DNA of 64,000 nucleotides from the NCBI GenBank assembly GCA_963924565.1, contig OZ004608.1, positions 9,362,001 through 9,426,000 of the forward strand, written 5' to 3'. The notes under the pieces were generated by a model. It was not told the DNA's origin, made no database searches, and saw only the letters and a program-made list of their open reading frames with translations. The position numbers were made by a program, and so were the translations under genes. Of the stretch, positions 37,516 to 50,239 are shown piece after piece. The stretch's first letter is position 1. Each line of letters starts with the position of its first letter. Source of the DNA: Ascidiella aspersa. Lineage: Eukaryota.

Positions 37516-40500
37516 TTAATCCTTCAACGACTGGCACATCGGATCTTTGGGATGCAACCAGCAGTGTACGGACAGCATTCGGCTGCGATCCTTTTGAAAC
37601 TTGAACGTGTTGTTGGAGGGCGGAAGCTGTAGTGTGTTCTTGTACGCGTAGCTTAAGGTGGCCTGTAAAAAGTTGCCAAAACACGATCGGTCAAAAAACC
37701 GCCTCGAAATGTTCGATAAATGAAAATTTATCAGATTCCACGATTTAGAGCAAAATGCAGATAATTCCGATTTGATGTACTTGTGAAAAGCTGGTGTGCT
37801 CTAACATGAGTTGGATTCTTACATCAGATTTGACCAAAAATCCGACTTTTTGAGTTAAACTTAACTAGTTAAAGGCAGGGTTATTCGATTTCACAATCTA
37901 AAAATGTATCTGCAGCTTTTAATATTTCTGCAGTTGTTTAACTACGGCTGCTTTATAACCCAGGGTGGTATATGAACGGCACCAGGGTCGGTTCCAGAAG
38001 GGGAACACCTGACCATGCCCCCCTCCGCATTGTGCGAACCGATAAAATCTTGTTATGTAACTTTTTTTACAGTAACGCCTCTCCAACCTAAAATTTAACA
38101 AAATACTTTAACAGTGTGGAGCTATTAATTTAACTATTTTTGACCTAATGTTTCGATGTAACTCTTTGATGTTAACTCTAAATACGTTTTCATAGCTCCC
38201 CCAAACAAAATCCCGAATCAGCCCTCGGAAGACCACACTGCATATTTGTTTAGAATGATTTTTTACTTACAATGAAACACATTTATCGCACGATGCAGTA
38301 ATAACCACCTTACGCAGTGCCGTGCTTTCTATAAAAGTTGTATTTCCTTTCAAACAACGGCTAAAACACGGACTGGCGAAAGCAACAAGGCCACCACACG
38401 TTGTTTAATATCTGCAGTGGACTCTGTTCACCGATAAACGTGCAAAATAGCGTTCGCACCAATCTGTTGATATTGATCGTTTTTTTACATTTGAAACGGA
38501 GATGTTCAATCTTTTACCATTTACGTATTATGTGGCGAAAACATTTGTTTTGTTTATAGCGGGCTTACTAACCAAAGTAATGAAATTATTATCTACATTT
38601 TATGAAAAATATTGCAAATACATTGCTTTTTGTGTGAATTACCCTTGCGAATTATTTATGTAAACATTTAGCTTTATAATTTTGTTAATGTCCGGCGAAG
38701 TGAGAACAGAAGGTTAATTGTGTTAAATGAGGCAAATTGCTTGGTGCTTCGATGATAATCGTCAGTAACGCATATCGATTATTATGTAATCCATATATTT
38801 ACTTTCGACGACCTGTCAAATGTTATACAGGCCTTAGTAGGGGTTTCGCTCAATTTCAGTCAGGGGTGAAAGAAGAGCTGTTTTTTTAAAGGAACGATGA
38901 AAATTTTCTTAACGAAACGCATAAAAACTTCAGAGACGACGTCACAAGTTAAAGTCACAACGGGATAAGAAGCTTTAAAAAACCCGAGGAATTCCAGGTA
39001 ATAGCGGGACGGCCTGGTGAAGAAGGGTTATGACCCGCTAAAAAGTCAAGTTTTTTACCAGTTCGGTGTAACGGAAAAAATTATTTAAGCGAAACCCAGT
39101 TTCGGACCATTCCGACTTACTTCCACTACTCATTACAATACAGCATAAGTATAACTTTCCCAAAAAACATTAAAATGGGGGATTTACGGGGACATGAAAG
39201 GTATCTCGGAACAAAGTACGATGCTAAACATTAAGTTGACTACACTGCAATTTAAATTTACATTAAAAGTCATTAGCAGCAATTATTCATGGCTCTACCA
39301 TTCACATTCCATAGAAAACATTTCCACCTATAAAAACCGAACATTTTAATCGCAGGCTTATATGGAATTTTGTGTTGATTTTACTTTGGCTCAAGTCATT
39401 ATGTCAAATAATTTGGTTTGAGATTAGTTGAGTTTACGAAATATTTAAAAAAAAGGTTGTTTATTATCTCAATTTTTGCAAGTAAATTAATTTGCTTGCG
39501 ATGTGTTGCCTACGTTAGTTGAGATATTGCTAATGTGCAATAAGTTTACCGATTTTTCTTACTTTGAAGTTTTATTTTTATGTTAATGACTAAAAGTTGG
39601 CTTTATCTAATAATGACTTGACCGGGACTTAAATTGCTGTTTTTACGAAGGGCTTGATTTTGACTTTAGTTATTTTTCTTGACTGCGACTTAGGCAATTT
39701 CAAAATGACTTGTTTACAACACTGCTTGGAATGCTTCATTCCAAAGTTCTTACCGCGTTCATCCAGTCCGACTCGTTAAGCGTTCCCAGATTCTCAATGT
39801 GTGAATGAAATCGGAACGACTCGACGATGGGAACTTTCAGCATGTAGGTGATGACGTAACCGAGGGTGCAATCGTCTGTGTTAGAAGCCAGGTTTTCACA
39901 CGCGTTCACAAAAGTCCCATTTCTATAACAAAACATATTTTTTAAATTGGAAAAATTTCCGTTTTGTGGTTGACAATGTTTTCCATTTATTAAGATAGTT
40001 TCTAGGGGTCCGTAATATGTTTGTCAGCGTATTTTAAAACTGGACAGCGTATTTTAAAACTTTTTTTAACCTTTTCCTATATTTTTTTCGCATTTTCCAC
40101 TTTTTGACCGATTGCATTTTTTCCAACAATTTTATATTTACATTGTATTGTTTCCTGAGAAAAACTGTGCCGTTGGCAAAATATATTTTTCTTAACATTT
40201 CATAAAATCACTGGCTTTGAATACCAGAAAAAAAAAGAATAAATAGGATAAAGGTATGAGTTAACTTCATGCTATACCGTAAAAATGTATGATGTTTCTC
40301 AAAACAAATCCTTGATCATCTCTGTTAATTCGGGTATATAGGTGCGGTATATGATTAGTAAATCAGAGGTGCACAACCGTTTAGCTATAGATGGTGATAT
40401 AAACAGTCTGTATTTTACTCACGGCCGCCAGTAGTCTAGTTGCCCCATATTATTGAATCGGCGCCGCTACCTGACGTCAAGTAATAGTATGGTATTCGTC

Positions 40501-43500
40501 TGATACTAGGGTGATATAAGCGCCGATCCAATACCAAAGTACTTTTAGTAATGACAAATAATATCGATTGTAAGTGCTGTAAGTACATCACGTACAAGGT
40601 TTATCCCTATGCGAGTTACATATATTCGCGTTTTATTGGCCCGTTTTTACATCCGCGCACGTACATTTGAGTGTTCTACATGCCGTCGGCTTGACAACAG
40701 ATATATTGCCTATACATTTCAGTTCAGGTGTCGCTTGGAGCCTCTAAAGAAGTGTTTCTTAAACAGGTGAATGATTCACTGCAGGGTAAAAAGAATTTTT
40801 TGGTGGCCCATGATTGCCATCCTGTTTTGTTTTTCAATTTAACAAAAAATAGAAAAAAATAAAAAATAAAAAATAAAATAAAATAAAAAAAATTATTAAA
40901 AAAAAAGTTATTACAAAAAGGCCCAGGACTGCCATTCTCATATAAAACGCATTACGGTCGGACCAGCACTGCCATCATAGAATACTTGAGTATATGCAAT
41001 TTTCTATTGTGTGCTGTTTGAGTTCCAAGCCAGCTCATGGAGGTTTGCCACTTAGTCTTTTAGGCCTTCTGGTGGGATTCACCAAGGGGAATTTGGCAGC
41101 TCGAAATTCTTTGCGTAATATCTCCGGAAGTAAACAAGATTTTTTTTTTTATACACATGAAACAAGGGTGAATGAAATCTGGAGATAGATGCTATAGGGT
41201 AAACAAAACTAAAAAAGTTTAAGAAGCACTGCTTTAAGGCATTTCGGGATAGGCGTGCTGTGCTGGTTCAAATATAGGCAACATGTCATCACGAGGGCAA
41301 CTTTTTTTCACATAATGGTCCTTTTTACCCATTTTTCAAAAGGACCATATGTCGGACAAGGTTACATAGTTTTGCGGCTAGAAAAAACGCAAACAATATA
41401 CACACTACTGTGTTCATCTTACCCACAAATTGGGTTTATTCTTTGCCACAGGGGTCTTGTAATGCACACTCCTGCTCCGCCAGTCGCAAACTCATATAAC
41501 TGGTACACGTTGTTTGTCCATCGCTGTAAAATAGAAAAGTTTGGCTTTGTTAAAGCTAATCTAACGTTAAAGGCAAATACTGTAATAGCGCCTTATTTTT
41601 AATAAATTCAACATAAATTAAATACTTGCTCACCAAAAAAACACTGTGACATAATTTACCTTTTACACCAACCTAAAACTGCTGCGATAATTTTACACCT
41701 AGCTATATTTATGTACGGCTCTGTAATGGAGCTTGATAACGAATTTCAACGCCGAAAAGGTCGAGCAGATCGACATAATCTTGATTAATACGTTTATATA
41801 CGAAGTTGTATCTTTTTCTGGAAATGTGATTGAGAACGAGAAGTAAATTAAAACATTACTTATAAACGGTGGGGCGCAATTCTTATAATTCTTATCGAGA
41901 CTCGACCTTTTCGGCTTTGAAATTTATTATCTAATTTTGAACATGTTTAAATAAATTCATCACTTTGTGAAATGGCACGCTCTTTCTGCCTAGGTAGATG
42001 GAATCGTTTGCCCGATATTGGTTAAGTACTTCCAGTAAGTGATCCACATTGACGTAGTTGTCGTCATCGAAACGGCACCACCACCTATGTATTCAAATGT
42101 TAAACGAAACGCACAAAATATACTTTATCTTTTCTATTTAAGTAGCGTTGTAAGCGGGGAGAACGATTATACCGTTCCAGGATAAAAGTATAGGCAAAAG
42201 AACTTACTTTATTCATGGTTTACGTTTCGTTAACGGTCACGATGCTTGATAGTAAAGCAACGGTGTCAATTTGGGGCGTTCATTCTTATATTAAGTCTTC
42301 GGTATGCTATTTATTAACAAAAACTATGACCAACTCACTTTTTGTTCGCAAAAGGGAGAAACAAATCGAATTCTTCGCCAGTTTTGCAGCACAAGTCTTT
42401 CCTGAAATGAAAACGAATTTAAAATTCAGGAAAACAATATTTGCAAAATGAATTTTTTCGCGCCAAATATGTAGAAATAAAATAGACAATCCTATTAAAA
42501 TTACTATTTTCATCATTTTAATATTATATAAGTCGTTTTAAAATCGGTAATGAGCGTCTACACTTATTTTGTAAAGAAAGCAAATTTTAAACGATTTTTT
42601 CACATCGCATTATTACTACAACATGGTTTATTCAGTGATTTAAACTATTTTCGTTATGATCATTGAAATTAATTTTGCGCCTTTTATTATTTGATCTACG
42701 TTTCCTCTATTGAATACAGTTTGATGGCAATATGTGTGGCGCTTGGCATCCGCCAAATTGATAAGTGGGGCACCTGAAATTCGTGTAACACTATCAGTGT
42801 GTAATTACATGCTACACTGCGTTCGAACCTTTCGTGAGTTTTCCCGCAGCTTGTATTGTGCATGCGACCGCCGCTTTTGCGTTGGTATTCTTCATCTTCC
42901 TCGTCCGTGACAAAGTAGATCTACAAGAGCAGTATTGCAATCACATCTGCCTAAGCCAGTGATTTTTAATCTGTGAGTAATTATGCACAACGAACAATTG
43001 ATATTTTTCCACAAGAATATCGGATGATATATTTAACCACTAAAAAGCCAACATTAGTATTCAACTTTCAGTTTGGAACTTTTGATTGTTTATTTGAATG
43101 AAAATTAATATAGTCCAAATATAAATCGCACCAATCAATTCTTTCTTGATTACTTAGGCTTAAAATGACTTGGTAAAGATCGTGGTAGAAAAAAAACTTA
43201 ACTTAGTGTATTTGGCAAAATAAATAGGCAAGATAAGAAGTTGGATTGGTTACAGAATTGCCCCTTAAGCTTTACTTCAACTTGGAAATGGTTTCCCCCA
43301 AAGTTTACATTGGCTATGGTTTGAATTGGGCGGGCACTAGAAGTGAACGTAAGGTTTGTATAAAGCAGGGTTCGGCAACCTACGGCCCGCGGCCTATTTG
43401 ACAATAGGCACAACAAAGTCTATTTTACATACTTTTTGACTATAAAGTGCGAACAATTTTTTTATTTTTTTTTTCGCTTTGCGCGAATGGTTTAAATATG

Positions 43501-44540
43501 TCCGGTTCGTTTACGCTTGATGCTGTATTTGAAATATATAAGCGCTTTTTTACCGTTGCGGCGTGGAAGGCTGACAAACGTATTCAAAAATATTGGACAT
43601 TTATTTTTTAACATTTAACTATTTTCAGCAATGTAATAAAAACTTGAAATGCCGGTATACCAAAAAAATCGCGCTTTTCTCGCTCGCCATGTGCGCAGGG
43701 ACTTAAAAAGGTTAACAAACACTGAAGAAGATTAACCATTAAAATTATCGCGTTTCTAAGTAGTTTTACAGTTTTCATGTAGTATGGATGACGACGTGTG
43801 GACTCGAATATTAGCTTAGACCAAATGAAAACTTTTTTTTCGCGCTTTTCGCCAACACTGTACTACCTCCTTAAATGTAATTAAACACGTCTTTAAGTGA
43901 AAAAAATTCAAAGGCTCGCCTGATTCACAGTTGTTCTAAAATTTTAGTAACACAATTTTTAGTTAACATTTTGTGCGGCCCGCAGAGACCTTTCTGAGTT
44001 TAGTTTTGGCCCGCGACTAGAAAAAGTTTGCCGACCCCTGGTATAAAGGAATGTCATTAGACAAAATGAGTCATTGAAACATGGCTTATCATGGATGGGA
44101 CAAGGCTATGTATGTAGACAAGCTTTTCCTTACTTTGGTTTACCTAGAGCGAAGTGCACCTTTGTAGGTATATATAGGAGGTTTGATATGGACGAGACTA
44201 AAAATGTTCCCGAACAGAGTCAATTAAACAGTTCTTTTCTCTATTATATAGTTATGTTTGTATAACTAACCTGGTCCCTCGAAATGTGCTTAAACCACGT
44301 GTTGAGAATTATCTCCACTCTTGTTTGGTGATTGTTTTTACAAGTTTTAACTGTGAACAAAACGTCACTTAACAAGGTCTGCGATGTATTAACTGCTTGC
44401 TTTTCCTTCAACAGATTCGGTTTCAATTTGTCCACATTATAAACGGCGAACAGAATATAAAATGTCACCGCAAGAAATCCGAGGCGAATAAGATTCCGCT
44501 TTTTCCTCATAAACTCCATTAGAGTCGCATTTGACAGCAT
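37516..44540 (-). CDS. Fringe-like glycosyltransferase (GT31), copy 2, 7 exons, ~320 aa
   Basis: Exons (minus) 44540-44271, 42920-42829, 42401-42339, 42084-41964, 41523-41423, 39922-39754, 37662-37516. Motifs DDDNY, FATGGAG, DDCTLGY, FHSHIENL. Confidence 0.92.
43366..44040. mobile_element. hAT-type MITE in Fringe copy 2 intron 1
   Basis: TIR CAGGGTTCGGCAA / TTGCCGACCCCTG; 8-bp TSD GTATAAAG. Related fragment in CYP-B intron 8 (~10465-10823). Confidence 0.85.
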
Positions 44541-45561
44541 ACCTTGATTCTATGTGATTTGCTAGAGTAGCAAAATCGCACTCAAATCGAACGCCGGTAC
44601 ACAACTTAAATGTTCAAATTAGCCTATAGTTTTAGAAAAAATAGATTGTATGGTTAGGATGTGCATGGCACCTTAAATTTTCCAAAAATCCTTAAACAAG
44701 AATGAATTCAGTTGGTATTTAGATTACAGGTTAAACATATCATAAGGCATTTTGTAAAAAAAAATTAAAATCCAGAAGTCGTACCAATTTCCAGCAGAAA
44801 AATTGACTTACCAATATCCATTAAATGACAACTTATACGCACTGTAAGAATATGCCCAACAACACCCAGCCTGTGGTTAACTGCATTCTTCCTAACAATT
44901 TTCAACACATTTATTCGAGCTCAGGGGGTTTCCCCAAACGTTACGCCATTAAACTGGAACCTCACAATAGGCGTTTAAGTATCTTCCCCATTAAACATTG
45001 TCAGTTCAAGACTGTGTCTTTTTAGCGCCGCCGCACGGGAGGCAAATGCAAAAAGTTAAACAAAAAAGGCATTTACAATATAAATGGTTTAAAAGATCTT
45101 CTGACAAAAAACAGCATAGCACGGGGTTTAATTGTTATTCACTGTGATTTGTTTGGATTAATGTTGTGTTTACACTTTTACAGAAACTGCAGATCCACTT
45201 TGTTTCTTTATGCCATTGGTACGTTCAACAGAAATTAAACGTACCAATGGTGTTTGATTGGGATTCCGATGCCCCATATTTTGACCAAAAAGTATACTAC
45301 TGTCATATATTACCAACTAATTTATAACTTTAAACTGCGGTAGTACGTTAGAGACTAAGTTAACCAAGTTAATTTGTCATATTCGGGTTAACATTCACCG
45401 AGTGAAAAATACATTTCCAAATATAAAGAACACAGGTTATTTATCCTCTTATGTATCCATATATACAAATAAAAATGGTGATATACGTAATACACGAAAA
45501 ATACGAGCATATAATACATAACGATCCGAAAGATTTAGAGTGATCGTTTGTATGATGTGCG

Positions 45562-46354
45562 CAGGGCCGGATTAAGGGTATTATATAGGCCTAAGTCTGT
45601 TTACTTGAGAAGGGCCTAATTCACTAGAGAAGGGCGTAATACCATAACTTTCATGAACCTAGAGCCCCACACCTCATTTAAAAAAACACGCTAACTTAGT
45701 GGTTCTTAACGGCCGGTCCGCGTCAACTTTCCTGCCGGTCCGCCAAATATATTACAATTTTATCTCAATTGCAAAATGCAAGATGTTAAAAGCTTGACTC
45801 ACCAGTTTATCATAAGTCACAATGCTGCAAGTGTTCTGCCCAACTGTTTAAAAGTAGGCTACAACTCGTTTCTGTCTTAAACTTTAACACCAGTTTTAAG
45901 TGAAAAACTTAATAGAACCACGTATAACACGTATGCTATCAAAAAGACAGCAGCAAATCGCTCATTAAATTGAAGTTTCAATTATTTGCTTTAAAGTTGC
46001 ATACTTATGTCGTAATTACATTTTGGGTGAATTTTGATTTTTGGAAGACCACCGGTCCGCAAAACGTGTTTTAAAATTTTACCGGACCGTAAGCTAAAAG
46101 GTTGAGAACCACTGCTCTAACTAACCTGGCAACTAATACACAAATACGATTAATAATCCAATGATAATGCAACAATGTGCCACGTCGCCAAACCTAGTTC
46201 GCAGAAATTGCATAATGGTGACAATAGACGCCAGTCGTGCAGCAACTGTATTGAATTCCAACTATTGAATAAAATAAAACTAACTGAGGGCCGAATTTTG
46301 TAAGGGCTTAACTAAGGCTATAGCCTCATTAGCCTAATGGTTAATCCGGCCCTG
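45562..46354. mobile_element. hAT-type MITE with a second MITE nested at 45697-46114
   Basis: Outer TIR CAGGGCCGGATTAA / TTAATCCGGCCCTG, TSD GATGTGCG. Inner TAGTGGTTCTTAAC / GTTGAGAACCACTG, TSD C(G/T)CTAACT. Confidence 0.85.
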
Positions 46355-46793
46355 GATGTGCGGTGTGCATATATGATCTGTATGGTAAGTTATTCTACAA
46401 TATGTATAAACAAATGGTTTCTGAATAGAAATAACTTGAAGTTTTTTTTGTGTGTCGGCGTAATTAAACATAGTTATATCTGAAAGAATTGTTCAAAACT
46501 TTGCAAAAATATTTTGAACTTACATCCGAAATATAACAAATAACTAAAGTTGTGGTTTTGGCTTCTATTTGGTTTTGCTCTACTTTTTGCTCTTATAAGC
46601 AACAATGAATTAGTGTTTTCACATAAAATAACTTGAACTAAATAATATGAATTTATTTATGGTAGAAGAGCAATTTAAATTGTTAAACTTGATTAAAGTA
46701 AAATTTGAAAAGCTAAGAAGCCGTGTAAAAAACAAAAATATTAAAAACAAAAAAATGTGAGTGTAGTCTAGAAAAAGATTTTAGCTCTTGTAT

Positions 46794-47225
46794 TGTGGGG
46801 CACGAGATTAGTTTAGTTGAAGCTTCTGACCCTCGTTTTAAGGTTGCTTGAAGGTTGCGTGCGTATAACTCGTTTGCCAACCACAATGCTTCTGGTGATT
46901 ATTAATTGTATTGTCAGATAAGCGAACACCCAGTTGAAACTATAGTAGGCGGACAATCAACACTGTAAACAACACAGCGCTGTGAACAGCACAGCTCTGT
47001 CAACCGCACAACACGTTAACTGAAAAGAGATCCTGTTTACAAGCGGATAGCGGCCTTAAGTTGCCACAGACAATCGAACTGCTGACCGCCGGGAAATCGC
47101 GGAACAGCACATTTAGCATTTACACTTTGGTGCGAGTAAACAATAAATCTGGGGCATATGCCGTTACAGCGTAAATTGCACAATAAACACAAAATCTCTT
47201 AGTCGGTAAATAGCCGTGAGCCACA
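46794..47225. mobile_element. Solo LTR (probably Ty3/Gypsy-type), 432 bp
   Basis: TG...CA termini (TGTGGGGCACG / CGTGAGCCACA), 4-bp TSD GTAT, internal AATAAA. Empty site at ~35055. Confidence 0.75.
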
Positions 47226-47296
47226 GTATCCCCAAAATTTATAGTAAATTGTACGTACGAAACACATGGAAACCTTGTTATATATACAGTCTAAAC

Positions 47297-48085
47297 CAGT
47301 GGTTCTCAAAGAGAGCCACTTGGCTCACTTTGGGGGTAATTTCAAAATTTTTGGGAGGAAATTTGTTCCAGTGAGGAATTGGGGAGGAAAAGTGGATGAA
47401 AATGGCTCAATTTTTATTATTTGATAATTATAACACATATAACTATAACTGCTCAAGGTTTAAATGGGAACGTCTACTTACTATAGACTCAAAGTAGCCT
47501 TATGTGAAGACAATATGCTGCTTTAACTGTGTTAAATCTATGTCATAATAGACTCTGTTTGGTTTACAATGTCTATTGTTTCGTCACAGTAAGTAAAGTT
47601 CACTAGCACCAGGTGTCTGTTTTATACTGTTTGTTTGTTTGTTTTAGCATGGTTGTAAAAGCATGGTAGAAGTAATACGTAAAAGTATGCCAAATTAACC
47701 GTTGCAGAGCAAACACTTCTCCCATTTCCGACTACATATTAAGTTGAATGTGGTTTTAGTGCCATTACAGGCATTTTAACCAAATAGGGAACACTGTACA
47801 TTTGCAAAAACGGTGATCTTCGGGAAAAACTGACATTCTGCATAATTTTCATTGTTTTTGTTTTAAACATGAAGCTCATGGTTCACATTAACAATGAATA
47901 ACGCTTTGTACCCTACTTTTGTAATTATCACTGATATCTCTGAGATAAATCATAAAAACGCACCTTGCACATCATATCCATACTGTGAAATTTTGGCAAT
48001 ATTCCTTTTGTAATTTTTTAGGGAGGAATTAACATTGTTCAAGCCTTTAAGGGAGGAATAGGAAAAAAAACTTAGAGAACCACTG
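47297..48085. mobile_element. hAT-type non-autonomous element next to the duplication junction
   Basis: TIR CAGTGGTTCTC / GAGAACCACTG; TSD (G/A)TCTAAAC. Empty site at ~35120. Confidence 0.8.
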
Positions 48086-48093
48086 ATCTAAAC

Positions 48094-48990
48094 AAAACCA
48101 AGCCAGAATCGAGGGTTAGGCTTGTTCTGTTGAAATGGGTCTAATTTTCTTACAAAAAATAAGACTAAGCAAAGGCAAATTTATTGTGACAGCATTCTTG
48201 TTCGATTCGACCAAAAATGTGGTCGAGTGGTTTAGAATTCATTTGTGCCTCAACGAGTTTGGGCCCGACATATTAAACTGCATGGCAGATAGCGGTTTTC
48301 TATCTACGACTCTTTGAATTTTTAGGTGGCTAGCCATAAGTACTAATTAACAGTAGCCTATTGTGGTTGATCAGGTGCATTCAACCTCGTAGCCTTTAAA
48401 AACCTTTGATTGACCCAATGGTCAGATTCAGGTTTATTTTGTTACGTGCAATAAAGTTGTCGTGTTCTTGTAACAAAAAAAATCTATAAAAAAGGAAACT
48501 TTACGAATACTTCTATTTTATGTTTGCCATATTATGTTATAACCAAACACAATTAAATCTGTGAAACTGACGCAGAACAAAGTTTATTCAGGCATAAAGT
48601 ACATATGGGTGTGGGTTTTAAGCACAATGATAGATGGGTTTCTTTTCAACTTTTTCTCTTTGTCGTTGGGGTTCATTTTGTGTTACTTTCAGGGGTAAAA
48701 TTGCCACTCTTGCCCTCTCTTTAACAATCTTGATGTCCTAAATTAAAATCCTTGATGTTCGCATGAATTGGTAAAAACGATAAAAACATTTCAACATTCT
48801 CTTTTGTGTCCTACTAATGCTAACAATTGTTCCTTTTTTGAAGGTCTTCGTCTTTGTTTCCACCATCCTGCAGAAGTTTAGAAATTTTAGAATTCTACCC
48901 GACCCAGACAACCCCATTCCTATAGCGGAGGGGATATTGGGCGTGGTCTACGCTCCTCATCACTATAAGATGAAGTTCGAAGAACGCTAA
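48094..48990 (+). pseudogene. Second orphan 3' fragment of CYP-D (exon 10 copy at 48844-48990 with in-frame 9-nt duplication)
   Basis: Same junction sequence at ~48102. After the acceptor tttgaag the exon reads VFVFVSTILQKFRNFRILPDPDNPIPIAEGILGVVYAPHHYKMKFEER*. Confidence 0.88.
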
Positions 48991-50239
48991 TCGATTAGAG
49001 ATCACCTCCTGTTGTCAATACTCCCAGGGGCGCGGTGCTATAGGCATCTTTCTATTTTTTTAGCAGGAGCCCGGAAATATATGGGAGAATTTAAAAATGT
49101 AAAACAAATCAATTCTAAAAACAAACCTTTTTTCGATTAGTGACTTTTTGTCGTTTAATTCGCCTGGGTTTGTTCGAAAAAAAGTATATATTTTAATGTG
49201 TATACGTTGCTTTCTGATTCTTTCGTTTGGCGATCACTAAACTTCAAACTATTTTATAAAATTTCTGTTGTTTTGCTATTGTATATAATTTCGGCATGTT
49301 GTGTTCACTGTCCACTGTAATAATTCTGTTGCCGCCGAATTTCACGTTTACTAACCGCGCATCCGCTTTTTTAATCGCAAATTTTTATACTAGAATCACA
49401 CTTTTACCAATAATGCAAATTTATCTTTTCAGATCAGGGTTTTTATGTGTTCCCCAGTTCGGTGCTTTTACTTTTATGCAATTTTTAATGTACAAGAATG
49501 TTTTCTTTCGTTCACTGTAATTTATAATCTGTATAGTGTAATCTTTTAAAGTTGTGAATTTAGCTTCAATGCATGCAATCGCCTAACTTGCGTGATGATT
49601 CTAATAATTATGTTCATGTGCCACTGGTACGGTTTAAATAATTAAAAATGTATTTTACCCCAAGTTCGACATTTTGACTAATACTTGTTTTAGATCATTA
49701 CTGACATCACTAGAATAAAGAGAGTACAATTTGAACTACATTTAACAAGGAAGTGCCTAATTTACATTTGCATAGAAAGTACAAAAGTCAAGGTGAAGAA
49801 TTTAGTAAACGTTTGCACCTTGAAATATTAGAAAAAAAAATTGAATAAGGTCGTGACATTTAATGAACTTTGAAAAGAGTTAAACAAGGGGATATACCAG
49901 GCCAAAACAGGTTAATAATCTTAGCAGGTCAGTTGTTTTTAAGTGGGATAAGTACTATTTGTCACTTTTTCGAAGAAAATATGCCGTAATATGAACTTTG
50001 CATTAAGACAAGATTTAATTTGAAAAGTAGTTTAAAATACACATTTTGAAGAAAGTCGTAACAATTAATAAACTATTAAAGGAGTAAAACGTAAGAATAC
50101 TTGGGGCTGGACACATCAATGGAACAGTAACAAGTTTTATAGCTTCACCAAAAATTATTATTCCCAAAAACCGTTTGCAGCTGTTATTCTCGCCAATTTT
50201 CCCACAGCGGTCGAGGGAGCACATAGGTTGTACAGAAGC

